A DNA stretch of 64,000 nt from contig JAIORA010000047.1 in assembly GCA_021108375.1 (NCBI GenBank), positions 102,476 to 166,475 on the forward strand. The letters are read 5' to 3'. The DNA is from Anaerohalosphaeraceae bacterium (lineage in GTDB: Bacteria > Planctomycetota > Phycisphaerae > Sedimentisphaerales > UBA12454). Both the position numbers and the translations under genes were made by a program. Shown one piece after another: positions 27,620-37,108 of this stretch (its first letter is position 1; the number at the start of each line of letters is the position of its first letter). The notes below the pieces were generated by a model, which made no database searches, had not been told where the DNA came from, and saw nothing but the letters and a program-made list of their open reading frames with translations.

Positions 27620-29440
27620 TTATGGGAATATCATTGCTGAAACAAATTCATCCTGGAAATCCAAATCGAGCGAAAGCTCAATATGCTCGACCTGTTCGGC
27701 AATTTGCTCGCCCCGCTTTCGAGCATCTGCTGAAAGCAATGATATTCTGGCACCGGCCAGCGAGGTATTGCCAACATACGACATTTTCGTGTGGTCTATA
27801 CCGCCCGGCAGAAGCCCTATTCGCTGGGCATTGTCCCTTCGGATAAACGAGCCGAAACCGCCGGCAATGAAAACCTTTTGCAAATCTGAGGGCTTCAGGA
27901 ACGCTTTTTTGAGCATAATGTTCAGGCCCGCGCGGATTGCGCCGACGGCAAGCTGCAGCTTTCGTATGTCTTCCTGCGTAACAGATATTCTATCTGTAAT
28001 GCTAAAGTCATACTGATTGTTTTTGCCCTTTATTAAACGCTGTTTGATAGCATCGGAAACGTTATCATCAAGCTCGTCTGGCGGCAATATCCTTCCATTT
28101 GGTGAGAGAATTTTAGTCCTGAGCATCTCAGCGGCCAAATCTATAAGAGCGCTTCCGCAGATTCCGACAGACTTGCAATCGCCTATGGTGCTGCAAACGA
28201 CATCAGATTCAAATTTTATCTTCTCTATCGCCCCTGCCATCGCCCTCATTCCGGATGATATGCCCGCACCTTCAAATGCCGGGCCTGCCGCGGTCGATGC
28301 CGCTGAAAGTTTGCCGTCTTTGAGAAGGACTATCTCGCCGTTTGTGCCAATATCAATCATTATCGCAGGTGATGTCTGGTTCAACATATCCGTTGCCAGT
28401 ATTCCCGCAACGGTATCGCCGCCGACAAAACCGCCAATTACGGGAAAAACATAAGCCAGAGCGAATCTGTTTATCGAAATTTTTAAATCGGATGCATTCA
28501 GAATAAGTGCTCTCGAATAGGTAGGAACAAAAGGTACCTGTCCCAGGCCCGAAGGGTCTATGCCGCAGAGCAAATGCTCCATCGTTGTGTTGCCAGCGAA
28601 GGCAATTTCATAGATATTGTCAACTGCGACACTGGCGGTATCGCAAAGCTCGGTAATCATACCGTTTATTTCTGTTATAATAGCATTTTGCATCTCCGCG
28701 AGGCAACCATCGCAAGAATCTGAATGCCTTATCCTGCTAAGTACGTCGTCGCCAAAAGATATTTGTGGATTCATCCTGCTGACAACGGCAAGCTCGGAGC
28801 CGCTGCAAAGCTCGTGGAGGCAAGCAACAAGCGTTGTTGTGCCTATGTCGCAGGCAATGCCGTAACATTTTCCGGTGGTATCGCCAGATTCAATGTCGAG
28901 TAGCCGGTGGCCGGCGAGTACCGCTGTACCTTTAAAACCGTTTTCCCTGAGTTGGCCCGGCAAAAGCTTTAACTGTTTCAAGGTTAATTTGCACCTGCCT
29001 ATTTCGTTTTGCAACCGAGCAACATCGGCAACATTGTCCTGCATTGTGGGACTGTCAAGCTCGAAAAAGACCTTGCGAAGTGATGGTATTACCTCGTGTT
29101 TACTGCCGTTTTCAGAAGTAACCTGTATTTTATGACCTCCAACAAGGCGGGAGCTTTCCGGCACTTCTATAACACAATCACAATTGATAGGATTGCAACA
29201 GGCCAAACGCCAGCCCTGGGCGAGTTGAGCAGAATCGAAAATTTCCTTATCAGAATCCGTTGGCTCGGCCTGCGGTGAAACTATTTTAACCCTGCATTTG
29301 CCGCAAGTTCCCGTTCCGCCGCAAGGGGTGTTGATAATTATGCCTGCTGCCCCGGCAGCTTCGATTATCTTGGTGCCGGCCAGAGCAAAAACGCTGCGAC
29401 CGGTGGGCTGGAATACAACTTTATATTGTTTCTGTTCCAT
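27620..29440 (-). CDS. RACo-like protein: N-terminal 2Fe-2S ferredoxin fused to an ASKHA-fold ATPase (DUF4445), a putative reductive activase of corrinoid proteins
   Basis: CGGTGTCGKCRVK plant-type ferredoxin motif, a CC..C..C cluster, and a large acetate/sugar-kinase-like ATPase domain (GIACDIGTTT...IDIGTNGEIVL). Confidence 0.6.
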   Translation of the reverse strand: MEQKQYKVVFQPTGRSVFALAGTKIIEAAGAAGIIINTPCGGTGTCGKCRVKIVSPQAEPTDSDKEIFDSAQLAQGWRLACCNPINCDCVIEVPESSRLVGGHKIQVTSENGSKHEVIPSLRKVFFELDSPTMQDNVADVARLQNEIGRCKLTLKQLKLLPGQLRENGFKGTAVLAGHRLLDIESGDTTGKCYGIACDIGTTTLVACLHELCSGSELAVVSRMNPQISFGDDVLSRIRHSDSCDGCLAEMQNAIITEINGMITELCDTASVAVDNIYEIAFAGNTTMEHLLCGIDPSGLGQVPFVPTYSRALILNASDLKISINRFALAYVFPVIGGFVGGDTVAGILATDMLNQTSPAIMIDIGTNGEIVLLKDGKLSAASTAAGPAFEGAGISSGMRAMAGAIEKIKFESDVVCSTIGDCKSVGICGSALIDLAAEMLRTKILSPNGRILPPDELDDNVSDAIKQRLIKGKNNQYDFSITDRISVTQEDIRKLQLAVGAIRAGLNIMLKKAFLKPSDLQKVFIAGGFGSFIRRDNAQRIGLLPGGIDHTKMSYVGNTSLAGARISLLSADARKRGEQIAEQVEHIELSLDLDFQDEFVSAMIFP

Positions 29441-29456
29441 TTTACTGAAAATCCCG

Positions 29457-30428
29457 TTAAATAATTACTTTATAAAAAGTTGTTTGGCCCTGTTTATAAG
29501 TTGAAATTTTGTTTGATTCAAGCAGTATCTGAAGATATTTAATCGCCTCATTTAGCCCGATTGAAAGACCTATGGCAATATCCTGAGCTGAGCAAGGCCG
29601 GCGTTTCAGCATCTGATAAATATCCTCGCCACAAGCGGCGAAACCATCTCCGGCAGGAACACCAGAATAGTTGGCGATAACCTCAGCATTTTTGTATATC
29701 ACTTTGGCGATTGCAGCCATACGCTCAGCCGAAACCGGACGAACCGAGTTGTCGGCGGCAGGCCTGACTACGGTGTTTAACTGAACCTTGTCAGGTGCTA
29801 TTCTTTCTATACAGCTCTTGAGTTTTTGGATATGTTCGTCGGAATCGTTCAGGGCGGCAATGAGAAAAACCTCCAGCCAGTATTTGCCGCTGAACTCTCT
29901 GCGAAAATCGATTAGACCCTGCAACATTTTATCGAATGTTATCTCCCGGCAAGGCTGATTTATTTTTCTGAACGTCTGCTCATCAGCAGCGTCAAGAGAG
30001 GGAACAACCAAATCAGCGGATTTGAGAGCCTCTCTTGTCTGTGGGAAACTCAGCGTAGAGCCATTGGTTATAACAGCAACCGGTACGGAAGTAATCCGCT
30101 TTATCCGGTTTATCAGTTCACCAAAACGTGAATAAAGCGTTGGCTCGCCGGAACCGGAAAGGGTTATGTAGTCCGGCTCCGAATCCAGCTTAACTTTTAA
30201 GTCATCGATAACATCTTCCAGCGGCACAAAATTCTGCTGCCGGATTCCTTTTTCGGTGGTAAAGCCGACCTGACAGTAAAGACAGTCGTAACTGCAAACC
30301 TTGAAAGGCACTAAATCTATACCGAGGGACCTACCCAGCCGTCTTGAAGGCACGGGGCCGAAAACATAGCTCTTGCCATCAGCAGAGGTCAAAACTCGAC
30401 CTCGCTTCCGACGGAACACATAAAACAT
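29457..30428 (-). CDS. Radical SAM protein (COG0731-like Fe-S oxidoreductase family)
   Basis: FGPVPSRRLGRSLGIDLVPFKVCSYDCLYCQ (CxxxCxxC). Its 5' end overlaps the upstream MBL gene by 40 nt. Confidence 0.75.
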   Translation of the reverse strand: MFYVFRRKRGRVLTSADGKSYVFGPVPSRRLGRSLGIDLVPFKVCSYDCLYCQVGFTTEKGIRQQNFVPLEDVIDDLKVKLDSEPDYITLSGSGEPTLYSRFGELINRIKRITSVPVAVITNGSTLSFPQTREALKSADLVVPSLDAADEQTFRKINQPCREITFDKMLQGLIDFRREFSGKYWLEVFLIAALNDSDEHIQKLKSCIERIAPDKVQLNTVVRPAADNSVRPVSAERMAAIAKVIYKNAEVIANYSGVPAGDGFAACGEDIYQMLKRRPCSAQDIAIGLSIGLNEAIKYLQILLESNKISTYKQGQTTFYKVII

Positions 30429-31231
30429 TTCTTTGGAAACGCATCGCGGAACTTCATAGCGGCATCAAGGCCGGTACAGTGAGCGGGTCCTATTTTTTTG
30501 ATGTCATATTTCGCAAAGACCTCAATCGCCTGGTTGATTTCTGAATCACTGGAATTAATCAAATGCATTCCGCCCATAACAGCGTAGATTTTTTTAGACC
30601 CCACCAATTGCTCAATGTACCTGAGAATGTTCACAATACCAGCGTGAGCACAGCCGAAAACCACGACAATGCCATCATCGGTCTCGAAAAACAGCGACTG
30701 GTCATCTTTCATTTCGTCCGGTTCGTTTGCCTCGGCATCAAGAAAGAAGTGGCCTCGGTGAGCACTGAACTCATCCGGACGCGGAATCTGGCCCGTAACA
30801 AAAAGGCCCGGCACAATTTCAGTTGGCTTTTCTGTCCATACGACCTTGTTGTTATTCGAATGAACTTTTACTACCGTGCTGATATTGCCCGGCAAACCGA
30901 TATTCCGCCCTGAACCGGAGGACTTCAGGCTAAACTTTTGCTTTACCGCTGCCGGGTGCATATATACCTCTGCGTGTTCGGCGATGGATAGAACCGTGTC
31001 CAGACCGCCGGTATGGTCGTAATGGCCGTGACTGATAACGATTGCATCAGTTTTGGCCAGGTCGATGCCGAGAATCTTGGCATTTTTGGCTACATTGCCA
31101 GTTTGGCCGGTATCGAACAGTATATTTTTGCCGTGATATTCAATCCACAAACTCAGCCCGTGCTCGGCGAAAAGGTCATAGCCTATTGCTGTATCTTCTA
31201 TCAGCGTTGTTATCCTGACTTTTTCTGACAT
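30389..31231 (-). CDS. MBL-fold metallo-hydrolase
   Basis: ISHGHYDHTGGL (HxHxDH) and downstream His/Asp ligands. 280 aa. Confidence 0.75.
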   Translation of the reverse strand: MSEKVRITTLIEDTAIGYDLFAEHGLSLWIEYHGKNILFDTGQTGNVAKNAKILGIDLAKTDAIVISHGHYDHTGGLDTVLSIAEHAEVYMHPAAVKQKFSLKSSGSGRNIGLPGNISTVVKVHSNNNKVVWTEKPTEIVPGLFVTGQIPRPDEFSAHRGHFFLDAEANEPDEMKDDQSLFFETDDGIVVVFGCAHAGIVNILRYIEQLVGSKKIYAVMGGMHLINSSDSEINQAIEVFAKYDIKKIGPAHCTGLDAAMKFRDAFPKKCFMCSVGSEVEF

Positions 31232-31252
31232 CTCAAAATACCTCTACCCTTA

Positions 31253-32722
31253 CTACTTACTCCCTGATGTTTTGTTCAGCATTCCTCTGAGCATTGTACC
31301 CATAAGTGCGTCGCCACTGCCGCCACCTGCACCGACCATTACCTCCGGGGTTATGCTGATTTTGTCGGCAGCTACCAGTTTCATAATCTCAATCAGCGCT
31401 GCGTTGTTTTGGCCGATGACTTCCGCAATCTTTTTATAAGCAGCGGCCTGTGCCTGAGCGATAAGAGCAATCTTCTCGGCCTGAGCCTGGGCATCAATAA
31501 TCATCTGCTTCTTTTCCTCTTCGGCAACTTTTACGCCGTAAGCAGCAGTCGCAAGCCGTTTTTCCTCTTCGGCTTCCTGGGTCGTCTTAGTCAGAGTTTT
31601 TTCCATTTCGGCAGCCTTCTGCTGTACTTTAAAAGTTTCCTCTTCCTGAAAAGCAATTTCTCTGTCTGTCTGTGTTTTTAGCAATTCGCCAAGCGTTTTT
31701 TCATTGCCAACATCGCCGATGCGTACGGCAAGAACCGTTACGCCGTCTTTTTGCAGTGCTTTTCGCAGCATTTCAGCGCTTTGCTCTTCCTGTACTGAAC
31801 GGTTTTGAACATACTTGATAGCCTTGATTTTTTCAGCGTTATTTCTAAAGACCGCCCGCACTGTTGGACTTACAAGTTTATCCAGAACAAGCTCGCCATC
31901 ACCGATATTTGCTACCACGGTCGGTGCGTCCTCAGGCTTAATCAAATAATTCATCCGGACATCTACCGGAAACGTAAAGCCATCTGAGCTTCGCACCGTT
32001 ATTGGCCTCATAGGCTGAGAGCGGCCAGATTCACCTCTTTCGGCCTCTGCGGTATAACTGACTTTTGTCTGGCGAATACTCATCATAGTTACCTTATAAG
32101 CCTCGGTATGAAGATAATACTGGGCCTCTGGTAACGGCTTGTCCCAAATGCCTCGCTCACCTTTTTTCACAAGCCGGCTCCCTGTTGTCGATAGCGGCCC
32201 GACATTACTCTTTATCACAGCGACATACCCCGCCTCAACATTCGTAAGAGGTACTATCTTAACTTTGAAAAGCTCCGTGTTGAGCCTGTAATTACCCGGC
32301 CGTAAAACTGTAAGCTGCTGACCTTTATAGCCTTTTCCTTCGCCAAGAAAATAGGCGGCATCAATCATCCTGTCAAAATCTTTCCATTCCGGCGAGTAAA
32401 TGACACCTTCGGGTAGCGGCTTTCCATCGGTGGTCTGCACAAGCCCAACAAAGCCTTCCTTTATTTCTACCAACGGAACTTTCGTAACTTTTTTCCAGAA
32501 CGACCAATAAAATAATTTCACGCCCGGCATCAATATCTGTGCCTGGATACCATTCTCACCGTTAGCGGCGAGAATTCGGCCTTCTTCCAATGAGCCTCCG
32601 CCAAATTTCTTCTCGACAATACCAACATCATCGCCTCCGATATATGTTATCGAGCTGGCAGCTAAAACGGCTAAAACAACCAAAACCACGGCTGCGATTA
32701 TCAAAGGCCTGAATTTTTTCAT
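31253..32722 (-). CDS. SPFH/band-7 (flotillin-like) membrane scaffold protein
   Basis: N-terminal TM (LIIAAVVLVVLAVLAA), an SPFH domain, and a long Ala/Glu/Lys-rich coiled-coil flotillin tail (AQAQAEKIALIAQAQAAAYKKIAE). The proposed start is the Met of MKKFRPL. Confidence 0.8.
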   Translation of the reverse strand: MKKFRPLIIAAVVLVVLAVLAASSITYIGGDDVGIVEKKFGGGSLEEGRILAANGENGIQAQILMPGVKLFYWSFWKKVTKVPLVEIKEGFVGLVQTTDGKPLPEGVIYSPEWKDFDRMIDAAYFLGEGKGYKGQQLTVLRPGNYRLNTELFKVKIVPLTNVEAGYVAVIKSNVGPLSTTGSRLVKKGERGIWDKPLPEAQYYLHTEAYKVTMMSIRQTKVSYTAEAERGESGRSQPMRPITVRSSDGFTFPVDVRMNYLIKPEDAPTVVANIGDGELVLDKLVSPTVRAVFRNNAEKIKAIKYVQNRSVQEEQSAEMLRKALQKDGVTVLAVRIGDVGNEKTLGELLKTQTDREIAFQEEETFKVQQKAAEMEKTLTKTTQEAEEEKRLATAAYGVKVAEEEKKQMIIDAQAQAEKIALIAQAQAAAYKKIAEVIGQNNAALIEIMKLVAADKISITPEVMVGAGGGSGDALMGTMLRGMLNKTSGSK

Positions 32723-33017
32723 ATCAACTACTTCCCACGTAGGTTCCATAATACATCTCCATATGATAAATTTGTGTTTTAGTGAATGCCTATTTTAGCA
32801 GGTGATTATAAGCGCAGCGAGAGCCTTTGAACAGCGAAACTTGATATAATATAGGTATGAGGGCTTAAAACTTTTACTTTGCCGTAAAGTAAATTGACTT
32901 TGCCTCCGCAACAGCAACGAATCACCCTTTTTGACTTAAAAAAGCCAATTCGTCATTGCAAGCGTAGTGAAGCAATCTCATCCTGTCATTCCGCAACACG
33001 GCTTCAATTGACATTAC

Positions 33018-33686
33018 TTATTGCCGTTTTGGCAATATATCCTGTAACTCCTTGATCCAAAGTTGCCTTTCCTGTGGATCAAGGATTACCATAGGGAGTA
33101 CTTGATTTATGTCCTTTAGGATTTCAGTCTTTGCCTTCTCTAATCGAGGACTAGAACCAAGCTCATTCTTTGTCTCAAGTGTGAGGTAAGTGGCTTTGGT
33201 AAGCGTGAGTGCAATTATGCTGGAAGCTTTATGGAGCTTCTTAATCTCCTTCTTCGCGACTTGACTATCCAAATTAAGTTTGACCACTTCATGTTTCTGT
33301 TCCTCGATTCTTTTCTGTAATGCTGTGGCTTTGTCGATCAACTCGGTGAGGGATTTACCCTGAGCTTCAAGTTTGTTGGAGGTATTATCCGCCTTGTCTA
33401 TAAGGCTTGATACCGCCTCTTTTTGGATAACAATCTCTTTTTTGAGTTTATCAATAGCCTCTTGTTTGATAGAGTCAACATTTTTCTGAAATGTCTCAAA
33501 TGCAAAGCCGTCCAGCCCAGCTTTCATTTTTTTGGTCGAGCCAAAATAGGCAATGTTTAAGCTAGTAAGAAGTGCGAAAAACAACATACAGATAAAGTAT
33601 TTATCATTAAGCTTATTATCTACACGTAGGCCTATTGCGATAACTGCGATACATGCCCCTATAATCAAACCCCACATAGGTTTCAT
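33018..33686 (-). CDS. Membrane-anchored coiled-coil protein, low GC
   Basis: Two N-terminal TM helices, then about 150 aa of heptad-rich sequence. There are no catalytic motifs. Codon usage is AT-rich. Confidence 0.4.
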   Translation of the reverse strand: MKPMWGLIIGACIAVIAIGLRVDNKLNDKYFICMLFFALLTSLNIAYFGSTKKMKAGLDGFAFETFQKNVDSIKQEAIDKLKKEIVIQKEAVSSLIDKADNTSNKLEAQGKSLTELIDKATALQKRIEEQKHEVVKLNLDSQVAKKEIKKLHKASSIIALTLTKATYLTLETKNELGSSPRLEKAKTEILKDINQVLPMVILDPQERQLWIKELQDILPKRQ

Positions 33687-33864
33687 CTGTTTTCCTTTCA
33701 GATTTGCTATTTGCTAATATACATGGCAATTTTGTCGTATGTCCTACACCCTCTGTGGCTAAACAAATAATTCCATCTTCTTTTCACATGGTTGCGGAGT
33801 AGTTCACCCATCGGGATATCAGTATGGCCAATTAGAAATGAACCGTAAAGAAAAAAGCCTGCTA

Positions 33865-34776
33865 TTACCAATTGAAATAGCAGTTATAATGGCGATGAAA
33901 CAGCCCTATCGCCCGCATCGCAAAGAGCATTATGATTTGCCCGGCAAGTCGTAAAATTAGACCAAAAAAGATAAATAACGAACCCTTGTCAGCAAGTTTG
34001 CCATATTCCGGCAAATAATACGACAAATGAGCGGCAAATATAAAAATCCCCGCCATTAGCAGGTATGCCCGCAGAGCTTTTTTTATGGGAGTATAATAGT
34101 TATCAAGATTCAAAAGCTGCCCCAAGTCCCTGCTTATCGCAACAGAAACGATAGCCATCGGAAACAAAAACAACCCCAAAACAGCGAGCAACTCAAGAGC
34201 CCAATCAGCGCTCACGCCAGTCGCTTTCAAAACGATATTCAAAATCACGCAAGGCAAAAGCACTATTAGCAATGCCATAAAAAAAGCGTAAAGCGATTTA
34301 AATACCGTCGGCAAAAACCCCCAAAACCCGCCCAAACTAACCTGCGGAAAAGCCTCATAATCATACGCCGTCGCATAGATAATTTCAGCATAAGTATAAA
34401 ACAGCATCCCCAATACGAACATCTTAATAGTAGTACCAAAAGGTACGAAAAGACTCAGCGATCTAATCGTTACCCAGAAATCCAAATGTGCGGTAAAAAA
34501 TCTCAGCGCTGTCAGAATAAGAACAAATATCAGAACCGTAAAACTCTGGCGAGAAAATATGGCTCGTGCAGAATTTTTTAGAACCGCCTCAAAAAAGCCC
34601 GGCAAGGGGTCATCGAAAGTTTTGGGAGGCAAAATAAGCTCAGCCTTTGCACCATCAACGGCAGGGATTATGAATCGCCCATCACAGCGAAGACATCGGG
34701 CCGTTAGACCTACGTGTTTTTCCCTAAAAGCACAGACAAACTTACACTTTGGGCAGAGAAAAGTTATCGTTGCCAT
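33865..34776 (-). CDS. N-terminal zinc-ribbon protein fused to a polytopic membrane domain; ends 3 nt before the pilT start
   Basis: CPKCKF...CLRCDG zinc ribbon followed by about 7 TM helices. 303 aa. Confidence 0.45.
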   Translation of the reverse strand: MATITFLCPKCKFVCAFREKHVGLTARCLRCDGRFIIPAVDGAKAELILPPKTFDDPLPGFFEAVLKNSARAIFSRQSFTVLIFVLILTALRFFTAHLDFWVTIRSLSLFVPFGTTIKMFVLGMLFYTYAEIIYATAYDYEAFPQVSLGGFWGFLPTVFKSLYAFFMALLIVLLPCVILNIVLKATGVSADWALELLAVLGLFLFPMAIVSVAISRDLGQLLNLDNYYTPIKKALRAYLLMAGIFIFAAHLSYYLPEYGKLADKGSLFIFFGLILRLAGQIIMLFAMRAIGLFHRHYNCYFNW

Positions 34777-34778
34777 TA

Positions 34779-35930
34779 TTAGCCTCGGCCATAACTATTC
34801 ATCGCATCTATAAACGACTGATGGTTATTGACCCATTTCTGAGCTTCAAGCAGGTCAATCTTTTTATCAATCACCAAGCTTGCAAGATGCGACTCGAAAG
34901 TAATCATCCGCTCACTGGGATTGTCTTTGGTTTTCGTCTGGAGCTGAGAGAAGAGCTGCTCGATTTTGCCGGTACGAATGAGATTCGCGCAGGCATAGCT
35001 GTTATTGAGTACCTCCATCGCTATCAGCCTGCCAGTCCCATCCTTTTTGGGAACAAGTTTTTGGCTGATAATATACGCAAGGCCAAGAGATAGCTGATTA
35101 CGCACTTCATCCTGCCTTGATGCCGGAAAGTAGTCCAGCACACGCGTTATTGTACCGGCAACGTTTCGTGTGTGCAGTGTTGAAAAAACCAAGTGGCCGG
35201 TCTCGGCAGCCATTAGCGTCATCGAGACAGTCTCCGCGTCACGCATCTCGCCGACAAAAATAACGTCCGGGTCCTCGCGAAGCATTGCTTTTAAACCGCT
35301 GGCAAAACTGGTTACGTCCCTGCCAACCTCTCGCTGTGAAACAACCGCGTTTTTCTGCTTGAGTATGTATTCTATCGGGTCCTCAAGCGAAATAATTCTG
35401 CAGGCACGCAGTTCGCTTATACGGTCAACGAAAGACGCTATCGTAGTTGACTTGCCGGCACCGGTTATGCCCGTTAAAAGAACCAGCCCGTTCTGACGTT
35501 TTACAATATCCTTATAGACTTCGTTTGGAAAACCAATATCTTCAAGCTTTGGCACGTCCATTCCGAGTGCCCTTATCGCAGCGGTGATGCCGTCATTGTC
35601 CTTGAACACGTTTATCCGAAACTGGAGGGTTTCGTGGTGATAGGAGCAATCTATGTTGTCCTTAGATTCGAGTTCGGCTATCTGCTGTTCGCTCATTAGC
35701 GAGTAGATGAGCAGTTTGGCAATCTCCGGGGTAACGACCTGTCCCCTGAGTTTCATAAGGTCTCCGTCAAGACGATATGCAGGCTGAACGCCCACTTTGA
35801 TATGCAAATCGGAAACTCTCATCGCCCCGTGCTTGACGAAGTAGTTGAGCATATCCTCCATACTCCAACTGCCAGCGTCGGCGGTGTTGTAAACTTTTGC
35901 GTCAATGGAATACTCTTTGCTCATAACCAA
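34779..35930 (-). CDS. pilT: Type IV pilus retraction ATPase PilT/PilU family
   Basis: LLTGITGAGKSTT Walker A, a DP...IEY Asp box, and an AHLVFSTLHT His box. Confidence 0.85.
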   Translation of the reverse strand: MVMSKEYSIDAKVYNTADAGSWSMEDMLNYFVKHGAMRVSDLHIKVGVQPAYRLDGDLMKLRGQVVTPEIAKLLIYSLMSEQQIAELESKDNIDCSYHHETLQFRINVFKDNDGITAAIRALGMDVPKLEDIGFPNEVYKDIVKRQNGLVLLTGITGAGKSTTIASFVDRISELRACRIISLEDPIEYILKQKNAVVSQREVGRDVTSFASGLKAMLREDPDVIFVGEMRDAETVSMTLMAAETGHLVFSTLHTRNVAGTITRVLDYFPASRQDEVRNQLSLGLAYIISQKLVPKKDGTGRLIAMEVLNNSYACANLIRTGKIEQLFSQLQTKTKDNPSERMITFESHLASLVIDKKIDLLEAQKWVNNHQSFIDAMNSYGRG

Positions 35931-36038
35931 GCCCTCGCAAAATTATATCTGATGGGACTGATTATACGAGATTAGGCCGATAAACGCAATTGTAAATCCG
36001 CTTGCCTGTATCATCCAATATGCCATTTTGCAAGCGAT

Positions 36039-36758
36039 TTATTTTCTTCTGCGAATCAGTAATCCACCAAAAGCAAGTAGAGCCAATGTCATCGGTTCTG
36101 GAATGATTTCTAACGAAACACTATCAGCAAAATGGCCATCAAATTCAGGGTGAGAGGAATCATTTACCACATCCTCATAAGCACAAATATAGGCAACCAG
36201 ATAGTCAGTGCCGACTGGCAAGACAAATTCAACACTGTCTATTTCCCATGTCAAAGGATCTGTATCAGTATAAATGCCGTCATACCTTCCTCCTACTCTT
36301 GCAAGGGCCGTTGTTGCTCCAGAATTTTCCCAAATTTCAGGAAAAGATGATATATTCCCACCAAAAGCAAACATAGCAATTGCAAAATGCGTATCCGAGT
36401 CGCTCGTTCCTGTTACCCTGTTAAAATACGCTGAGGCTGATGCGACTGCTGAGCCTGATACAATTGCATCGCTATAAGTACTAACATCTATGAGTTGAAA
36501 AACCTGTGAGGAATCGCCGCTGCCTGCTCCACAAAAAGATGTGTCCTTAAACTGCAACATTTCTGAACCATCTAAAGGCGTTATTCCACCCGCTGTGCCA
36601 ACTATCGCTGAATAATCACCATTCCAATTACCATAACTGCTCGGCCAGCCGCCATAGGTTATTTCCGATGTTTCAAAGCCCGGATTTACCACAAGATTTG
36701 ATGCTGAAACGGTTGATACTGTCAAAAAAACAATTGATATTAAAACTGATTTTTTCAT
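36039..36758 (-). CDS. PEP-CTERM sorting-signal secreted protein
   Basis: Signal peptide (MKKSVLISIVFLTVSTVSA) and a C-terminal PEPMTLALLAFGGLLIRRRK, which is a PEP motif, a TM helix and an Arg-rich tail. The start is trimmed to Met20 of the ORF-track ORF. Confidence 0.75.
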   Translation of the reverse strand: MKKSVLISIVFLTVSTVSASNLVVNPGFETSEITYGGWPSSYGNWNGDYSAIVGTAGGITPLDGSEMLQFKDTSFCGAGSGDSSQVFQLIDVSTYSDAIVSGSAVASASAYFNRVTGTSDSDTHFAIAMFAFGGNISSFPEIWENSGATTALARVGGRYDGIYTDTDPLTWEIDSVEFVLPVGTDYLVAYICAYEDVVNDSSHPEFDGHFADSVSLEIIPEPMTLALLAFGGLLIRRRK

Positions 36759-37108
36759 TTTTCTCTCTCCCTTAAAAATTTGCGAATCTATGTTCCAAAC
36801 GCGCACACCGCGCATTAAGCAAATAAATAGACCAAAAAAGGAAAAAATGCGAAGCGTTCTGGGGGGGATTCTCCTCTCTCCAGAAACTCTTATTTTCTCC
36901 TACTCATACAGAATGATACCTCTAATAGCGAAAAAAATCAAGAAAATATCCTGAAATCTACCCCTCTGTTTTTTTTGATATTTTTTCGTTCATCAGCAAA
37001 TAACTGAAAATCAGCCCTAATGTGAAAACCCATATCAAACCTACCAGTCGAATTTACCAGCTATACACAGGTTCTGCTTTTGGAATTTGAAGTAACCGCA
37101 CGATGAGA

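Noticed and set aside
27622-29504. Five plus-strand ORFs of 68-145 aa overlapping 27620-29440
   Set aside because: All are antisense to the RACo-like gene. Their products are Ser/Pro/Ala-rich with no motifs.
29457-30428. 40-nt overlap between the radical SAM gene start and the MBL gene end, as a possible frameshift or pseudogene
   Set aside because: Both reading frames are intact with complete motifs. The overlap is more simply explained by an alternative, unannotated non-ATG start for the radical SAM gene.
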